In this document: piece by piece, positions 43,126 through 62,260 of the stretch
Position numbering within the stretch: the stretch's first letter is position 1
Layout of the letters: the number at the start of each line of letters is the position of its first letter
From: the human T2T-CHM13v2.0 reference genome, Homo sapiens
Direction: 5' to 3' (one strand)
NCBI RefSeq assembly: GCF_009914755.1
Contig: NC_060933.1
DNA: 64,000 bases
Made by a program: the position numbers and the translations under genes
The notes under the pieces: generated by a model
Told to the model about the DNA's origin: nothing
The model's database searches: none
The model's input: only the letters and a program-made list of their open reading frames with translations

Positions 43126-45617
43126 CAGAGAGGTCGATGTGTTTTTGATGTGTGCATAGTGTGACATGGATAAATCAAAAGCAAGTCCTGGGTAGGGAAA
43201 TACATGCCTGAGGGGCACTCATCGTGGCACCTTGACCATGAGAAAGTCACCTCTGTGGTAACAAATCGAGAGTGAGTTGACGTTTAAGTTCTGCATTTAT
43301 CAGCAAAGAAAGCAATTAAAGTATGTATTTCTTGAGAGAAATTATCTATTTTGGTACCCACATCCTTTTACATATTCGCTGAAAAATCATTTTTAGTGTT
43401 TGTTAATGATTGATGTCTTGCCATATCCCAGTTTTCTGTCTTTTTAGTTCAGTGGTTAATAAAGAATTGCTAGGCTCATCCAACTTTGCAGTATATGAAA
43501 TGACACCATGTTTAGGCCTAAATTAGACCTAAATAGGAAGCATATATAGCATAAAGATCCAAACTTATATTTATAGGGATTCATTTTGCCTGGCATTCAT
43601 ATACATGGAACTATCTTAATAATATTTTAAGCAATAGTGAGATGTTCACTTTGTAAAATGCCCAGAAAGTTTCCAGAGAAACAGATATTTCAATACAAAC
43701 CCTCTTTTTAATTGAATCATAAAATTGATTATGGGTGATCCAATTTTTGTTTGTGTGTGGGAGTGTGTGTGTGTGTGTGTGTGGTTTTGATTTGTTTGTT
43801 TTGAGACTGCATCTCACTCTCACCCAGGCTGAAGTGCAGTGGTGCAAACACAGCTCACTGCAGCCTCGACCTCTGCGCTTAAGCAATCCAACCACCTCAG
43901 TGGCACCAAAATGCTGGAATTACAGGCGTGGGCCACCGGGCCCAGGTGTGTGTTACTCTGGAACACAGTTTTGGTTGTAGTATAGAACCCAATCACAAAT
44001 AATGTCGCAAAATGAAAAATGGCCTATTTAGGTGAAAATTATTACATCGTTTACATTAAATCTTTACATTCTAGAGGAAAACAAGTCAATTGGCTGAGTG
44101 CTGCAAAGTTCCTGACATTATCAAACCTTCCTTCAAAGTTCAACAAATAGAATCAACTGTCTTAGAATCCACGTTGTGGAAACCATTGTACCAAGACTCC
44201 TACTTCCAGAATTAGTTCAGACACCACCCACCTGGTTTCCAGTCCTTATTTGGCACCCCAACATTTAACATTATCTTTTCTTTTTTTTTTTTTTTTTTTT
44301 GAGACAGAGTCTCACTCAGTCGCCCAGGCTGGAGTGCAGTAGCATGATCTCAGCTCAGCTCACTGCAACCTTTGCCTCACCGGTTCAAGCAATTCTCATG
44401 CTTCAGCCTCATGAGTAGCTGGGATTACAGGCACATGCCATCACGCCCTTAACACTATCTTGTCCATGGCTTTGATATTTGCCTCTTGTACCTCAGTTGT
44501 GAATAATGCGTGTTGAAGTTCCAGGCACTGGGCTAACTCCTTGGCCTGGGTTATTCCCTTTGATTCTCACAGTGATCTTATGTAATCCACAGTGGTAATA
44601 TTCCACTTTCACAGATACAGAAACTCATGCACAGAGCCATCTCTTCTAGTGGAGGGTGGAACCTGGCTTCAACTCCATTTACAGTGGCCTCTTACTTATA
44701 ATGTTCTTGCTCCTGGCCCAGGCTGGTGACTTGAAAATAGGGTGAGGTGATCCCAGAGGCTTCTGCACTCTAATCACCACATTACTTTCCCATTAAAACA
44801 TTCCAACTGAGGAAATGTAAGTTGAACTAGAGAAGAGAACAATGAGAATATTTTTTGTGCCAGAAACACTTTAAGAAACGGAGCAGATAATAGTGAAGGG
44901 CTTTGATCTGCCACCGTGAAGGGGAAAAGGCCAAGAAAGGGATGGCTGCAGGAGATGGAAATTCATGGAAAAAGGGAAATGTATTATAAATGCTGCATGG
45001 AAGCTGCCACTTCTACCCTGCCCCCGATATGCTCACTCCCTAGGCTCTGCTGAAAGAATGCACCTAGGAGGACATGTTTGTACTAGAGCCTCCATTACTA
45101 GCCACAGCTAATTGAACCAGAGATGGTAGCCTGACCCTAGCTGAACCAATCAAACTATTGCTGGGGAATTTGGAATTGCAACACTGAGAGACTGTAACAT
45201 CTCTATACAACAGGAGCTAAAGCCCTCATGCCAACTGGAGTTACTTGGGGAAGAAAAATATGTAAGTAGCAAAGAAAGTTGGCTGGCAGAGAAAAGCAAA
45301 ATGACGTTGAAAGGCTGTTATTTATTCTGTGAGAGAGAGGGGAGCTTCCATTCCTTATTTTTTATTTTTAAGCCTAATTTTAAGGTTAACTGACTATATA
45401 TTTTTTCTGTTCTTAGTTGTCCACAGGATTGCCCCATATCCTTGCAACAGTCATCCCTTTACCTATGCTGACTTCAGTGAGTTTCTCTCCCTCACTGCAA
45501 AGCAAGCCCTGACTAAGAACCTGGAGGTGGCAGCTCTTCATTGTGTCACTGGGCATTCGCACTTTGGCTGAGCCTATTTGATAAATTAATCAATAGATAC
45601 CTATTGCGAGATTACTA

Positions 45618-46147
45618 TAGGGAATGAAAAATGGCTTTTCTGTACCCATCCTAGGTTCATGGCTGAGGCCTCCATAATAAAAGATTAACAGGAGCAAAGC
45701 ATAGACATTGCATGTAAGTTTCCCATGACATAGGAGCCTTCCTAAGGAAAGGAAGACCCAGAGAAGCTGTTAAACTTGTGTGTTTCTATGCCAGGTTTCA
45801 TGAAGAGTGGACAGTTGTGGGGAGATACAGTTGAACAAAGATGGGAATAAACTTGGGGGGAATTTAGCAAGGCTTATTTGTTCAGATTTTTCTCTGTAAC
45901 CCGTCAGTCTTCAGAGGTAAGAAAGTACCTTTCCTGTGGAGATAGGTACTGTGGATATAGGCAGCACTTCTTACATGAGGGTCTTAGGACCTGCTTCAGG
46001 GGAAGTTCAGAAAATCATTCCAAGGTTTTATGACCCGCATCAGGAGAAAGGAGAGGAGGGAAGGTGAGAGTGACTTTCCAGCTTCTGCCATGTTTTCAAA
46101 TATCAACATGCTGTATTTAGCAGAAGCATGTTCTCAACCCAATCACT
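45618..46147. mobile_element. ERV1 MER4-group solo LTR (LTR54/MER34-like; subfamily uncertain)
   Basis: AAAGATTAACAGGAGCAAAGCAT..CATGACATAGGAGCCTTC..GAAGACCCA..AAGGCTTATTTGTTCAGATT..GACCTGCTTCAGGGGAAG. Confidence 0.5.
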
Positions 46148-46805
46148 ACAAAGCATAAAGCACAAAGCCTATACGCTGTGTGAAAGACACAGATCTAAGT
46201 ATTTTAGAGTTGAGAGAAAGCAGGAGTTCTCTAGGTTTTGGATTTGGCAGGGGAGGGGGCCAGTGAAATGTCAGTAATATTAGAAGTTAACAGAGTTAAC
46301 AACTTTTTATTTGGTCAAGTAAAGACCTTAGGAGAAAAAAGTCTGCCATAATTATAATTTCATTTTTTAAGAAATGTATTTTTAACTTTAAGACAAGATG
46401 AAGGGAAAAAGTCTCAAAGAACAGTCTTTTAAATTGAATAAGTTTTATTTCATGAAAAACTCATTATGTTGTTTTTATTCATCTCATTTTACCACTTCCT
46501 CCCCTTGTTAGTATCAGAACACTGCTTTTACTTAGCACGGCAATGTGCCCAATAAAAAGGACCACCTTCCCTACAACTAGACTCCATTCCGACTAGGGGT
46601 GGCCAGCAACTCAGCTGTAGCCAGTGAGAGAGAAAAGGTGGAAAGACAAGAGAGGCCAGGAGATATTTAGCCCTCTTCCCCTCTCTCCTGCTTCCTACTT
46701 AGTATAAGGGCAGAAGGGCTTAAGTTTCCGTCATCTTGGACTATAAACAACTCTCAAGGATGATAGTCACAGAATGAGGATGGCAGAGCAAAAAAAAAAA
46801 AGGAG

Positions 46806-47130
<325 letters not shown>

Positions 47131-50100
47131 GGAGGACCCTGGGTTCCCAATAATCATGAGAATTACCTGGCTTGCCTAACTCTGGACTTTATAATTGCAA
47201 ACCCCAAATATCTGAGACAGGTCTCAGTTAATTTAGAAAGTTTATTTTGCCAAGGTTGAGGACACACACCCATAACACAGGCTCAGGAGGTCCTGATGAC
47301 ATGTGCCCAAGGTGGTCAGAGCACAGTTTGGTTTTATACATTTTAGGGGGACATGAGGCATCAATCAACATATGTAAGATAAATATTGTTTCGGTCCGGA
47401 AAAGGCAGGACAACTCAAAGCAAAGGTGGGACAACTCGAAGTGGGGAGGCGGCTTCCAGGTCATAGGTAGATAAGAGACAAATGGGTGCATTCTTTTGAG
47501 TTTCTGATGACCCTCTCCAAAGGAGGCAATCAGATACACATTTATTTCAGTGAGCAGAGAGGTGACTTTGAATAGAATGGGAGGTAAGTTTACCCTAAGC
47601 AGTTCCTAGCTTGACTTTTCCCTTTACCTTAGTGATTTTGGGGCCCCCAGATTTATTTTCCTTTCATATTTCCCCCCTTTTCTTTTTAAAAAATATTTTG
47701 GAGAAAGAATTTTAGAAGAAAATGAGTCTCTGGTCTCATTTTTGTCTGATCTCTCATGGCTAGCAAGGTTTATTCCTAGATGGGTAGGTCCCAAGTTATT
47801 AGGAAAGTTCATTTTTAACAGGTTGTGAAATCTTATGTTTTATGAAGAGAAAATAGGGGGAGGAAGGGAGCAAAACAACAACAAACAAAAGAACAATCTT
47901 GGAAAATTGGTATAGGCCATATGATTCTGAAGTCCATACATCAGTAGGTAGGTATGAAAGTGGATTATGTATGTAAATAGGTTGCTGTTATTTTCTTCTG
48001 AAGTTTAAGTTGTTTAGCTTCAGTTTGCAAGGCTTTACAACAGTGACTCCAAATTAGGGAAAATGGGGGGGAAAAGAAGGAAAAAAATGAAAACATTATT
48101 TTGAAGACTTATAGCCAAGAAAAATTAGAATTTGGCCCAAACTGTAGAAAATAATAAAAACTGGAAAACATTAGGCAAGACTCAAATGTAACAACAGGTG
48201 TACTATAGTTTTTGAAACAGAATTTTTCTCTCTTCAGTTTCCCATTTTTACTACAGCCAAATCATGGTAAGACTGATTTGCTTTATTACACTTGAACTGA
48301 CAATTTGTATACAGTGCAGCAAGAATAATTATTTGTTTACATAGGCTTTTAAATTGCCTTTGATGGAAATTTGTTCCATAGAAGGAATCTGAGATAAGAC
48401 TTTTTTGAAGTCCAGCCCAGCCATGGATTTGTACCATCAAATACCTATGAGTTGGGTGAATTTCTCTACTCCTGAGGTTCCAAGATAGACTTGGGGCTCC
48501 TGGGCCTGTCAGAAAGTTACATTCTTTACTTACCACAGGTCAGGAACCCTGTACAGGGACTATGTAGACAAGGTATGAGGTCTGTTTTCCCAAGGGGCTT
48601 TTATTGGCTCCATAAGTCAAGTCTGATTCCTTAAAGGAAAGCACATCATTCCAGTCAAAGTCTTGGTAAAATAACCAGTTTCTCAAATTGTGTCCTGTTA
48701 TAAATGAAGACATATTCTTACTGTACTTATGCAAATCACTGTATTGCCATAAGTTAAGAATATTCACAAATGGTTTCCAAATTCCTGAGAAATCAGGTAG
48801 AGAGAAACAAATATGTTCTAAATTTTGTTCACAGAAGTGTACTAAATTGTTAAAAGCTGTTAATAGCTCAAAAAAAGTTTCTTTGACTCTAAAGAAACAA
48901 AACAAAGGATGAGAAACGTTTTAAGCAAAAAGTCAAACAGATTACTTTAGTCTTCTGTTAGTTCAGTCCATGTGGTTAATTTCTGTTCTGCCTGATATTC
49001 ACAAACATTTCAGTTCTCCATGAATCCCAAAAGTTTTTCTCCTATTCTGATGCCACAATTTCCAAAGTTATCAGAAACTTATATTCAAGAGCACCTGTTA
49101 GAGTTTTATAGCTGATTATAAAGCCACCTTCTAAAGAGGACCAAAACAAGACAATTGTCTGTGGATGACAAAACGTTTTATGGCAGCCATAGTCAAAGAC
49201 ACAGCTGACAAGGAAATTTGTTAGCTCTGTGGCACATAATAATTTAACTTAACAATTATAATTATTACTGATAATGTACACTAAGTCACATCAGAATCAT
49301 AGGCATTTCCCATAATTTTGGAACACATACCAATAACATAATTATACAAATACAGCCCAGAGAAAACCAAACACTATTTCACATTTGACAATGTTTTCTG
49401 TATACTTTTTATACCAATAAGCCAAATTATGTCATTTTTGGACGTTAGGGAAACTAATATCTTAAAGGATTAATCAGGTCAGAAAAAGACATAATTTATC
49501 ATTTGATTTTGGAAAGTTTGTTAAATATCAAAGGTTTAAAACACTTGATATCACACATCACTGTAAAATAAGTCATTCATTTGACTAAGGTGATAACTCA
49601 AGAATTTCCAAAAAAGGTGAAAACCTTCATTCTTTGAGAGAGGAGACTTAATTTTTCAAACAATAAGTCCTAATAAAAACAGTATGAAGCCAATTAAATT
49701 TTTTTCAAAATTTTGTGAACAATCTATATGATTTTTATCTTATCTTGACCATAAGATATAACTTACATAAGCCTTTTATAACCTTCATAACCTTTATTAA
49801 GGAGGTGGTTAATGCTTCAAGAAAACCTTGTTAATCTGACAGAGGGGTCCATATGATGGTCTTGCATCAGTGTGCCTTTAACATTAATGGTTAATTTATA
49901 GAAAAACTGAACTTATTTTATCTCTCAAAATGGGCCCTTACAATCCCACACACCCACATCTTCTGCGATAGTCCCCGAACATTGAGTTGTTGAATAGCTT
50001 TAATTTCTGGCCCTGTGTCTCAGGAATGCAGTTTATTTTGATTGACATCTTCTACGAGGCCTGAAGATGAGGCTTTAATTGCTGTATTTTAGATTTAGCA

Positions 50101-50564
50101 GGATTTAGTGTCCTCTTAGACCCAGGACTGAAAGCCCTGTAACTCAATGTCAAAAGGACTTTAAAAGCCCATACAGAAAGATACAAGGATGTAATAACCT
50201 TAATTAAAAAATATATTTTAATCTCAGTTTTTTTCTAAGGAAACCGAAAACTTAATAATAATGGCATAAGAATTGTTTCAATAAGCCATAAAATCTGTTA
50301 GGCCAGTTCCTAAAAGGCAAAAGAGAATAACTTCTGCACTGCACAGAATATTATGTTGGAAGAAAACATTTCCCTTACACCTTTAAGAAAACATTGTTAG
50401 CATCAGGCCACGACAAACAGAACTTGAGGAAAAAAACTTATATTACCTGAAAGATGAGTTGGAGAGTGTTACTGTATGTCAACCTTTAAAAGAGGAGAGA
50501 AAACCGAAAATGGCAAGGTGCAATAAAAGTTAAAATTTAGGTTAAAAAAAAATTAACATCTCTA

Positions 50565-53500
<2,936 letters not shown>

Positions 53501-55659
53501 AGTGGTTTTTATCTTAATAGAAAAATAACAGCAGATTTAAAGCAGGCAGAAAATAAAATAGAGGAAAAAAGAATTTAGGAACACTATAGTTTGCAGATCG
53601 ACCTTAGGGGCTTTTTTTTCCTTAATGTAATTGTGCATAGAGACCATATTAGTTCCATTTTACATAAACTGTGGCAAGTAGGGGTGCCATAAAATCTACA
53701 AAGTGCTCGAAAGGGGGTCATTCTCCTCGTTTTCTCCTAATTCTTATTGTTTCCCACTTCTTTTCTTAAAAGGAGTAACTGAGCTGTGAGCTGCAGGCTA
53801 GGTTTTTGCCTGGTGGATTTATATACGCTGCTTGTGGACAGGACTCCACAGTGTGTAACCACAGAGTTGTTTCCACCCTTTCACGTGTCTCGATTTCTCT
53901 CTCCAGACATCCCTGACCTCTGAGAGGGATCAAAATGCTGGATGATCAGCCCTTATATGTGTTTCCCGGACAGGCCTTTTTTTAAAAATTAATTTTTGTG
54001 GGGGATTTCCCTGTAGGGCCACTGCACATCACAGGGGATCAATCCCCCAGATACTTCTACGAGGCCCCCCTCTCCATCACCTGGGGCACCTTTCAGCTGG
54101 GAGGAGCAAATGCCCTTTCTCTTTGGAACTAAAGAAAACTCAATCTCTCATTTACCTATGAAAACAACAGTTCAGTTCCTCACGCAAATTCGTATAGACA
54201 AGCTGAATCAGGATTAATTTTGAGAGAAAAAGCAATAGAGAAGACCCTTTAGAATATATCTCCTAATTAGAATTAGGGTCCTTAAACACCTTTCTAGGAG
54301 AGAAATAAAAAACAACAGCTAAGACCACTTCCTGTAAACTGTGTTCAGCCACCCCTACTTTGTAGCTCTCGTCCGCCGTTACACACACCAAGGTCAAATC
54401 CTCTCACAGTACAAGGTCATCTCTGGTACCCCCAAAGCTAAAGAGGCCAGGCCATGCAATAGAGGAAAACAGAGCTCTAGACCTAAGAAGAATCTGCCCA
54501 TGACTCTTTAAACTCCACATAGAAAATAGAACAGCCCAAAAGGGCTGAGTGACACCTTTGTTCTGAATTCTTTAAAGGGGTTCAAGTCATTAGAAGCCTT
54601 TTCTAGACTTTTTTTGGTACTGCAGACAGCAAAGGGGGAAGGAAGTACAGGTTGGAAGAAAAGTAAACAAAAGAAATTTGTTTTTGGATTTAAGACAGGA
54701 AGCAAACGCAAGCATGGATTTTTGCTTTTTTCTCCCCCTTTTGCAGCTGCAAGGAATTTTAGCCAAATTAGAGAGGGTTTGTTACCCATAATTTAGAATT
54801 CTCACTAGGATTTGACCTCACTAGGTAGAGTTGGTCAAATCTGATGGGAGAAAAACCGGAACAAACAACAACAACAACAAACCCAACAATATGATCACTG
54901 AGCACTCTAATGGTAAGGAGTAATTAAGGCCAGGTGGTTGCTGAACTTTAGCCAAGCCAAAACCCCAATTCAGATACCTACCTAGAGACAGGTCTCAGGC
55001 TGATGACTGCCTTCAACCGTCCCAGAAGCAGGGAAAGAAAACTGAAATTCTTCTTCCCTGCTGCGAGTGAACTCAGACTTCATAAAGGAGTTACCTGCCT
55101 TCCATCATCATGGAAGCAGGAAATCTTGCCTTCCTTGTTGGAAGCAAGTAAAACTCTTAAAAAAAAAAAAAAAAGGAGAGAGAGAGATAATTGTATAGCA
55201 AAATAAAAATAAACTTTAGATCACAACCAAATTTCGGGAGACCAGGGATTCTCTGGAGGGGGGTGCTCCCAGACCTCAGCAAATTGTCCTGTTGATTTGA
55301 ACCATAAAGTTGGCTCATGCTGGTACCAAACACCAATAGGAGATTTGTCAAAGGTCACGGGCAGGGCATCTGCACTCAGAATCCCTCTGTGGTTACCAAA
55401 ATGTGAACCCCAAATATCTGAGACAGGGTCTCAGTTAATTTGGAAAATTTATTTTGCCAAGGTTGAGGATACGCACCCATGACACAGCCTCAGGTGGTCC
55501 TCACGACATGTGCCCCAGGTGGTCAGAGCACGGTTTGGTTTTATACATTTCAGGGAGACATGGAGACATCAATCAACATATGTGGAATGAATATTGGTTT
55601 GGTCTGGAAAAAGGTGGGACAACTCGAAGCAGGCAGGGAGTCTTCCAGGTCATAGGTAG

Positions 55660-56001
<342 letters not shown>

Positions 56002-56149
56002 TGAGTTTCTGATTGTCGTCTCCAAAGGAGGCAAGCAGATATGCATTTATCTCAGTGAGCAGAGGGGCAAAATAGAATGAGTAGCAAGTTTGTCCTAAGC
56101 AGTTCCCAGCTTGACTCTTCCCTTTAGCTTAGTGATTTTGGGACCTCAA

Positions 56150-56723
56150 TGTTTCCGGAGTTGGGTCTCCTCCTGCTGTTGAATTTGTGATCTCACTGAC
56201 TTCAAGAATGGAGCCACAGCCCTTCGCAGTGAATGTTACAGCTCTTAAAGATGGTGTGGACCCAAAGAGTGAGCAGTAGCAAGGTTTATTGGAAAGAGCA
56301 AAAGGACAAAGCTTCCACAGCATGGAAGATGACCTCAGCAGGTTGCCACTGCTGGCTGGGGGTTGGGGGGGGTGGTGGCCAGCTTTTATTCCCTTATTTG
56401 CCCTCTCCCATGTTTCCCTTTATGTCCTATGAGAGTGCCCTTTTTTCAATCCTCCCGGCAATTGGACATTTCTAGGATCCTGCTGACTGGTGCCTTTTAC
56501 AGAGTGCTGACTGGTGTGTTTTACAGAGCACTGATTGGTGCATTTTACAGAGCACTGATTGGTGCATTTCACAGTCCTCTTGCTAGCTACAGAGTGCTGA
56601 CTGGTGCATTTTACAAGCCTAGCTACAGAGTGCTGATTGGTGCGTTTTACAGTCTTCTTGTAAGACAGAAAAGTTCTCCAAGTCCTCACTCCACCCAGGA
56701 AGTCCAGCTGACTTCACCTCTCA
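56150..56723 (-). mobile_element. LTR12F/LTR30-like (HERV9 group) solo LTR nested in the MER4 5' LTR
   Basis: TG...CA ends, TCAA/CCAA TSD, CTGACTTCAAGAATG..GTTACAGCTCTTAAAG, and tandem ACAGAGYRCTGAYTGGTGCATTT (CCAAT) repeats at 56480-56650. Confidence 0.78.
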
Positions 56724-57852
56724 CCAAGATTTTTCTTTCACATAATAAAGACAAACAAATTTCTATTTTGTTTAAATTACTGTTATTTCAGGTCTCTGTG
56801 GCTGGCAACAGAACTCAACCAAAGCACTATAGTAGGGTCTGGGGTTAATGGGATGAAAAAAAAGAAGAAAAAAAACATGTTCTATGCCCTTGTGAAGTTT
56901 AGCAGAGTGAAGGGAATTTTCCTTTAATTTATTGAAGTCTGCTCTTCCTGAAGCATAAATCAATAGATACATAGTTGTCAAAATGAGGTAAGCTCAAGAA
57001 AGTAGCAAGTTTCATTCTAAAAAAGAGGCTATGGGAGGACCTAAACTAGACCAAGAGGCAAGAAGAGTAAACTCTCTTATCTGCTTACTAAAATTCCGTG
57101 AATGTTGTGGAATGGAGAAAAAACTATCCTTGTGCAATCTGACAGAATTCCCAGAAAATAAAAATCTGTCATTAATAAAAATCTGTCATTTTTCCATTGA
57201 GCAATGATACACTATTTCAAAAGAACCTTAAGCCAGTTTTAGTCCAATTTTCTTTAGTTCAGTAAAAAATGCGTTCTTATTCAGCACATGCATCCCACCA
57301 AGTATGATGTGTTATAACTAATGTAACACATTTTTATTGCCTGCAGAAAGTAATAAGTTACATTTTTAAAGGAGCACGTCTTAAAAATAGTTTCCCTCAT
57401 AAGTATTTCATAATGATTCATTTAGCATGAAATTAATATTAAAGAACTGCTAACAATAAGCACTTAAAAATTCAAATTGAAAAGGAAATTATGCACATTT
57501 GTGATTTCATTAATTCTGGCAACCGTTTAGTCAAAAATAAGTAAATTTCATCCCATTCTTGTGTCTGTTTCAGATTGACTCTTTAATTGTCTAATATTTT
57601 CCAAGCCTAGTTTCATTATTTTATGTATAATATTAATGTGCTAAATTAAGGTTTTAGTACACCCAAGTCATACAATAAAATAAGTGTTACACGATAAAGG
57701 AACAACCTTCAAACATAATATCAACATGCATATATATTTACTTGCATACCTTAAAATCCATGATCTATAAGGACAAGTGGAAGAAATTAACATTTAATAA
57801 GCACCTACTATGTGTCAGGCATTGTGTCAGGCACTTTATGCTTATTATCTCA

Positions 57853-58668
<816 letters not shown>

Positions 58669-58731
58669 TTATATTGGAAACTCGAAACTTAGAAGTATTT
58701 TCATGATTCCTGCCTCTGTATCTTTGCCATC

Positions 58732-59208
58732 TGTGTTAGTTCCCTATTGCTACTGTAACAAATCACCCATCTCATTATGGGGTTGGTTTGTTACCAACCC
58801 CATTATGTTGTAATTTAGTCTTTAAAACAACATAAATTTATTATTTTATACTTCTAGAGGTTAGAAGTCTCAGGTCAGTTTCAGTGGACTGAAATCAAAG
58901 TGTCAGCTGGGGTTTGTTCTTCGTGGAGGTCCTAGGCAAGAATCTGTTTCCTCACCTTTCTTAGTTCTGGCGGCTGCCTGCATTCCTTGGCCCTGGCCCC
59001 ATCCTCCGGTGTCTCCCTCTCTGACCACACTGCTTCTCCCTCGTGAATGTATTGGGCCCTCCCAGAAATTCCAGGATAGTCTCTCCATCTCAAGATCCTT
59101 AACTCCATCACATCTATGATGTCTCTTTTACCATGTAAGGTAACAAATTCACCAACTCCAGGGACTACGACATGGATAACTTTGGGGGACTATTATTCAG
59201 CTTACCAC
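58732..59208 (-). mobile_element. MLT1B/C-type MaLR LTR
   Basis: TGTGTTAGTTCCCTATTGCTACTGTAACAAAT..TCAAGATCCTTAACT..ATTATTCAGCTTACCACA. Confidence 0.75.
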
Positions 59209-59759
59209 ATCCCATTTATTTATTTAAATACATTTTCATGACTCTATTTTCACATAATGATGCATAATGCTCTGCATATTGTTTCCATAGTATTGAAGGT
59301 AATTTATTTCATATGACTTTTAGGAAATCTACTTTCTTCAAAGGCTCTCTGTTTCTTATAGTGTTTAATGACAGATTCCACTAATATTTGCAGATCAATT
59401 TATTTCTTTGAACAGATTTGTATCAAATAACTATTACCTGCTTAACTATCAAAGTTGGTACTGAGCAGAAATAACTACACTGTTTATCAGCACTAATTAA
59501 CCCACTAAGATTAAGTAAACAGGATATTTCCCAAACATAGGGCACTTCTACAAATCACAAGATTCAGCTATGGGATAGTATCCGAAGTCATCCCGGCTTT
59601 ACTTCACAGCTCCTTTAGATGGCCTGGATTTCTTTTTTCTCATTTACAAACACATGCCTTTGAATTGCTCCCTGGCTATTTCCTATCCAAATATCTTAGC
59701 TCCCAACAAAGCTATGCTCATCTCAAGAGCTGAACCCATGTCCTCTTCTTTTATATCTA

Positions 59760-60095
59760 TCAAGGGCCTAGCAAAATACTGGACCAGAGAGAGTAAGCAG
59801 ACACCCTGCAGTTTGCATCTGGCCAACGGACTTGTTTTGTTTAGCTTGAAGAGTGTTTGAGAAAAAAGTTAATTGAAAACATTTAGAAATCAGAGAATTT
59901 CACATAAAATCCTTTGATTTCACTTATCTTAAAAAATTGGCTAATATGGGCACCCTGTGCCAGCATTTCTGCCTGGTAACCATGAGCTAGAGTTCTGTGG
60001 CAGTGCCCCCTGCAGGCAGGCAGAGGCTCTCCAGCTTCACGGTCTTCACCCAGCCCTAGTCTGGCCCCTGTAAGTATTTGAGTTTGAGACCCCTA
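59760..60095. mobile_element. MER102-like hAT-Charlie element
   Basis: Ends CTGGCCCCTGTAAGTATTTGAGTTTGAGACCCCT. Confidence 0.55.
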
Positions 60096-60466
60096 TGCTA
60101 GACACCCTTTAGAAATTCTCCTTAGCGATATCCTAACATTATCACCTCATTTTTCAAATGTGGAAACTGCTTGCTAAACCCAAATTTGGCCCAGGAACTG
60201 TTTGAGGGCATTTTTACTACGTATTTTTAATGTATAAATTATCCTCTAAGACGTTGCACATCAAAGTATAGTCTACAGACCAGCAGCATTGGCATTAATC
60301 GGGAGTTTGTTAAAAGCTCTCCTGAGCCAGAATCTGCATTTTAGCAACATTCTCAGGTGATTTGGATATACATGAAAATTTGAGAAGTACTGCTATAGAT
60401 GAAGCTCATAGCTAACTACCTTTCACCTGCCCCTCCACATACCACTAAGACCAAGCCTACTTCATT

Positions 60467-62260
60467 TATATTGATGGCAGCAGCGGGCCATCTGGAGCCA
60501 CCACTGCCATCACACTGGCTGGAACAGGGAGATGCGACAGGGGCTGCATGCTCCGTGGAGCTGGTGACAGCCAGGGACAAGCAGGAGCCCCACCCTTCTG
60601 AGTTGGGGCAGGAGCTCCCCAGGTGCCCCTGCAGCTACCCAGGTCACGGCTGCAGACCCAGGCATTCCTGTGCTCTCAGGGACTGGAGCAGGCAGGATGC
60701 CCACCCTCCAGGGCACAGCTGCAGCCACCCAAACCCCAGCTGCAGACCCGGCCTTCCACTCCAGGGAGCAAGGAACCAGGCATCCCTGCACTCTTGGGAG
60801 TCTGGGAAGGCCCTGTCCTTGCAGGCTTGGAAGGGCCTGCTCCCGCTGTGTGGCTTCTCCCTGCTGTCGGCGCCCACTCCAATCTGGGAGCAAAGTAGAG
60901 GCCAAGCCCAGGCACTGTTGCACCCCAGCCAGGTGTGCACACACTTGGGACAGTATTGACATGCCAGCCCCCTGCCACCTCAGCCCCCACCAGGCTTTGG
61001 GTGCCAACAAGCATAGGAAGGAAGTTGAGGTAGGGCTGAGGGCAGCTTGGTGCTGGCCTGCAGGTGCCCCTTGGCACCTACAGCCTAGGCACCATGAACA
61101 GCAGCAGGAAGCAGACAGGCTTCCCTGCAAAAGGGGGTGGGTCCCTGATGAGGCCCCACCTTCAGGCCAGGAAGGGCCTGAAGGTTGGGGACCGGGCTGC
61201 CAGTCCCATGGACCAGAGTGGGAATTTGTGGTGCCTTTTCTGGGCCACCCATGGCCACCCATGGACCAACAAGGGTGTACTTCTTCCCCTCTGAGGCCCA
61301 TAAAAGCCCCAGGCTCAGCCAGAGCTGAGCAGATGTCAGGACAACCAGTGGTAGAGGAAAGCTATCCACTCCATGGCCTTCTCTCTGCTGAGAGCAGCAG
61401 ACATTGGGACAACCAGCTGCAAAGAGGTGCCACCCACTCTAGGGCCTCCTCTCTGCTGAGAGCCACGCAGAGAACAGGATGACCAGCTGCAGAGAGGTGC
61501 TACCCTCTCTGCTGATAACTGAACACTTGTTGGGATGACTTGCCTAGCAGAGAGGAGCTACTCTCTGTACTAGGAGCTGAACACTCATCAGGACCCCTTG
61601 GCTGTGAAAGGAGCTGCCCCTGCAGGTTTTCTCTGAGCTGTTCTAGCACTCAATAAAGCTCCTCTTCGTCTTGGTCACCCTCCACTTGTCTGTATACCTC
61701 ATTCTTCCTGGTCACAGGACAAGAACTTGGGACCCACCAAATGGCAAGACTAAAAGAGCTGTAACACAAACAGGACTGAGACATGCCCCTTCTTCACCAC
61801 ATTGCGGGGGAAGAGAAGGAACAAAGGGTCGCTGTGGCCCTTCCAGGATCCCAGACCTAGGAGCTTCCCAAGCCAAGGCTGTGACTCCCTCTTTGGGGCC
61901 CTGCGGTCCCTGTTGTCTCCAAGCTTCCAGGCGCCAACATGTTCCCCAGTGCCAGTCTGGCTGCAGCCTTGCAGAGAACCAGCACCCATGCTGGCACCTG
62001 GAGCTGACCAACCAGCTATAGCAGCTGGCATGTCTGTGTGCGGTGGCAAGATCCCACGTTCACTTACACACCCCTCACCCTTCCACACCTGACTCACCCT
62101 TGGCAGGCATGGCATCCAGGCCAGTAGCGTGAGCTGAGCACAGCCTGCCAGGCTGAGTGGGCAAAACGAGCCCAGCAGGCCCAAGCAAAACTCAAGCAAA
62201 GGTGCCACAGGCCACAGAGGCTTCTGGCCAGAAAAACGACACCCCGAAGAGCCCATAACA
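60467..62260 (+). mobile_element. MER52-family solo LTR (~1.8 kb, GC-rich)
   Basis: Starts TTGATGGCAGCAGCGGGCCATCTGGAGCC, has an internal CAATAAAGCTCCTCTTC, ends GGCCAGAAAAACGACACCCC..CATAACA. Confidence 0.8.

Noticed and set aside
57157-57192. Short tandem duplications (also ~2199-2252, ~10765-10811, ~18693-18723)
   Set aside because: Ordinary replication-slippage duplications with no further structure.
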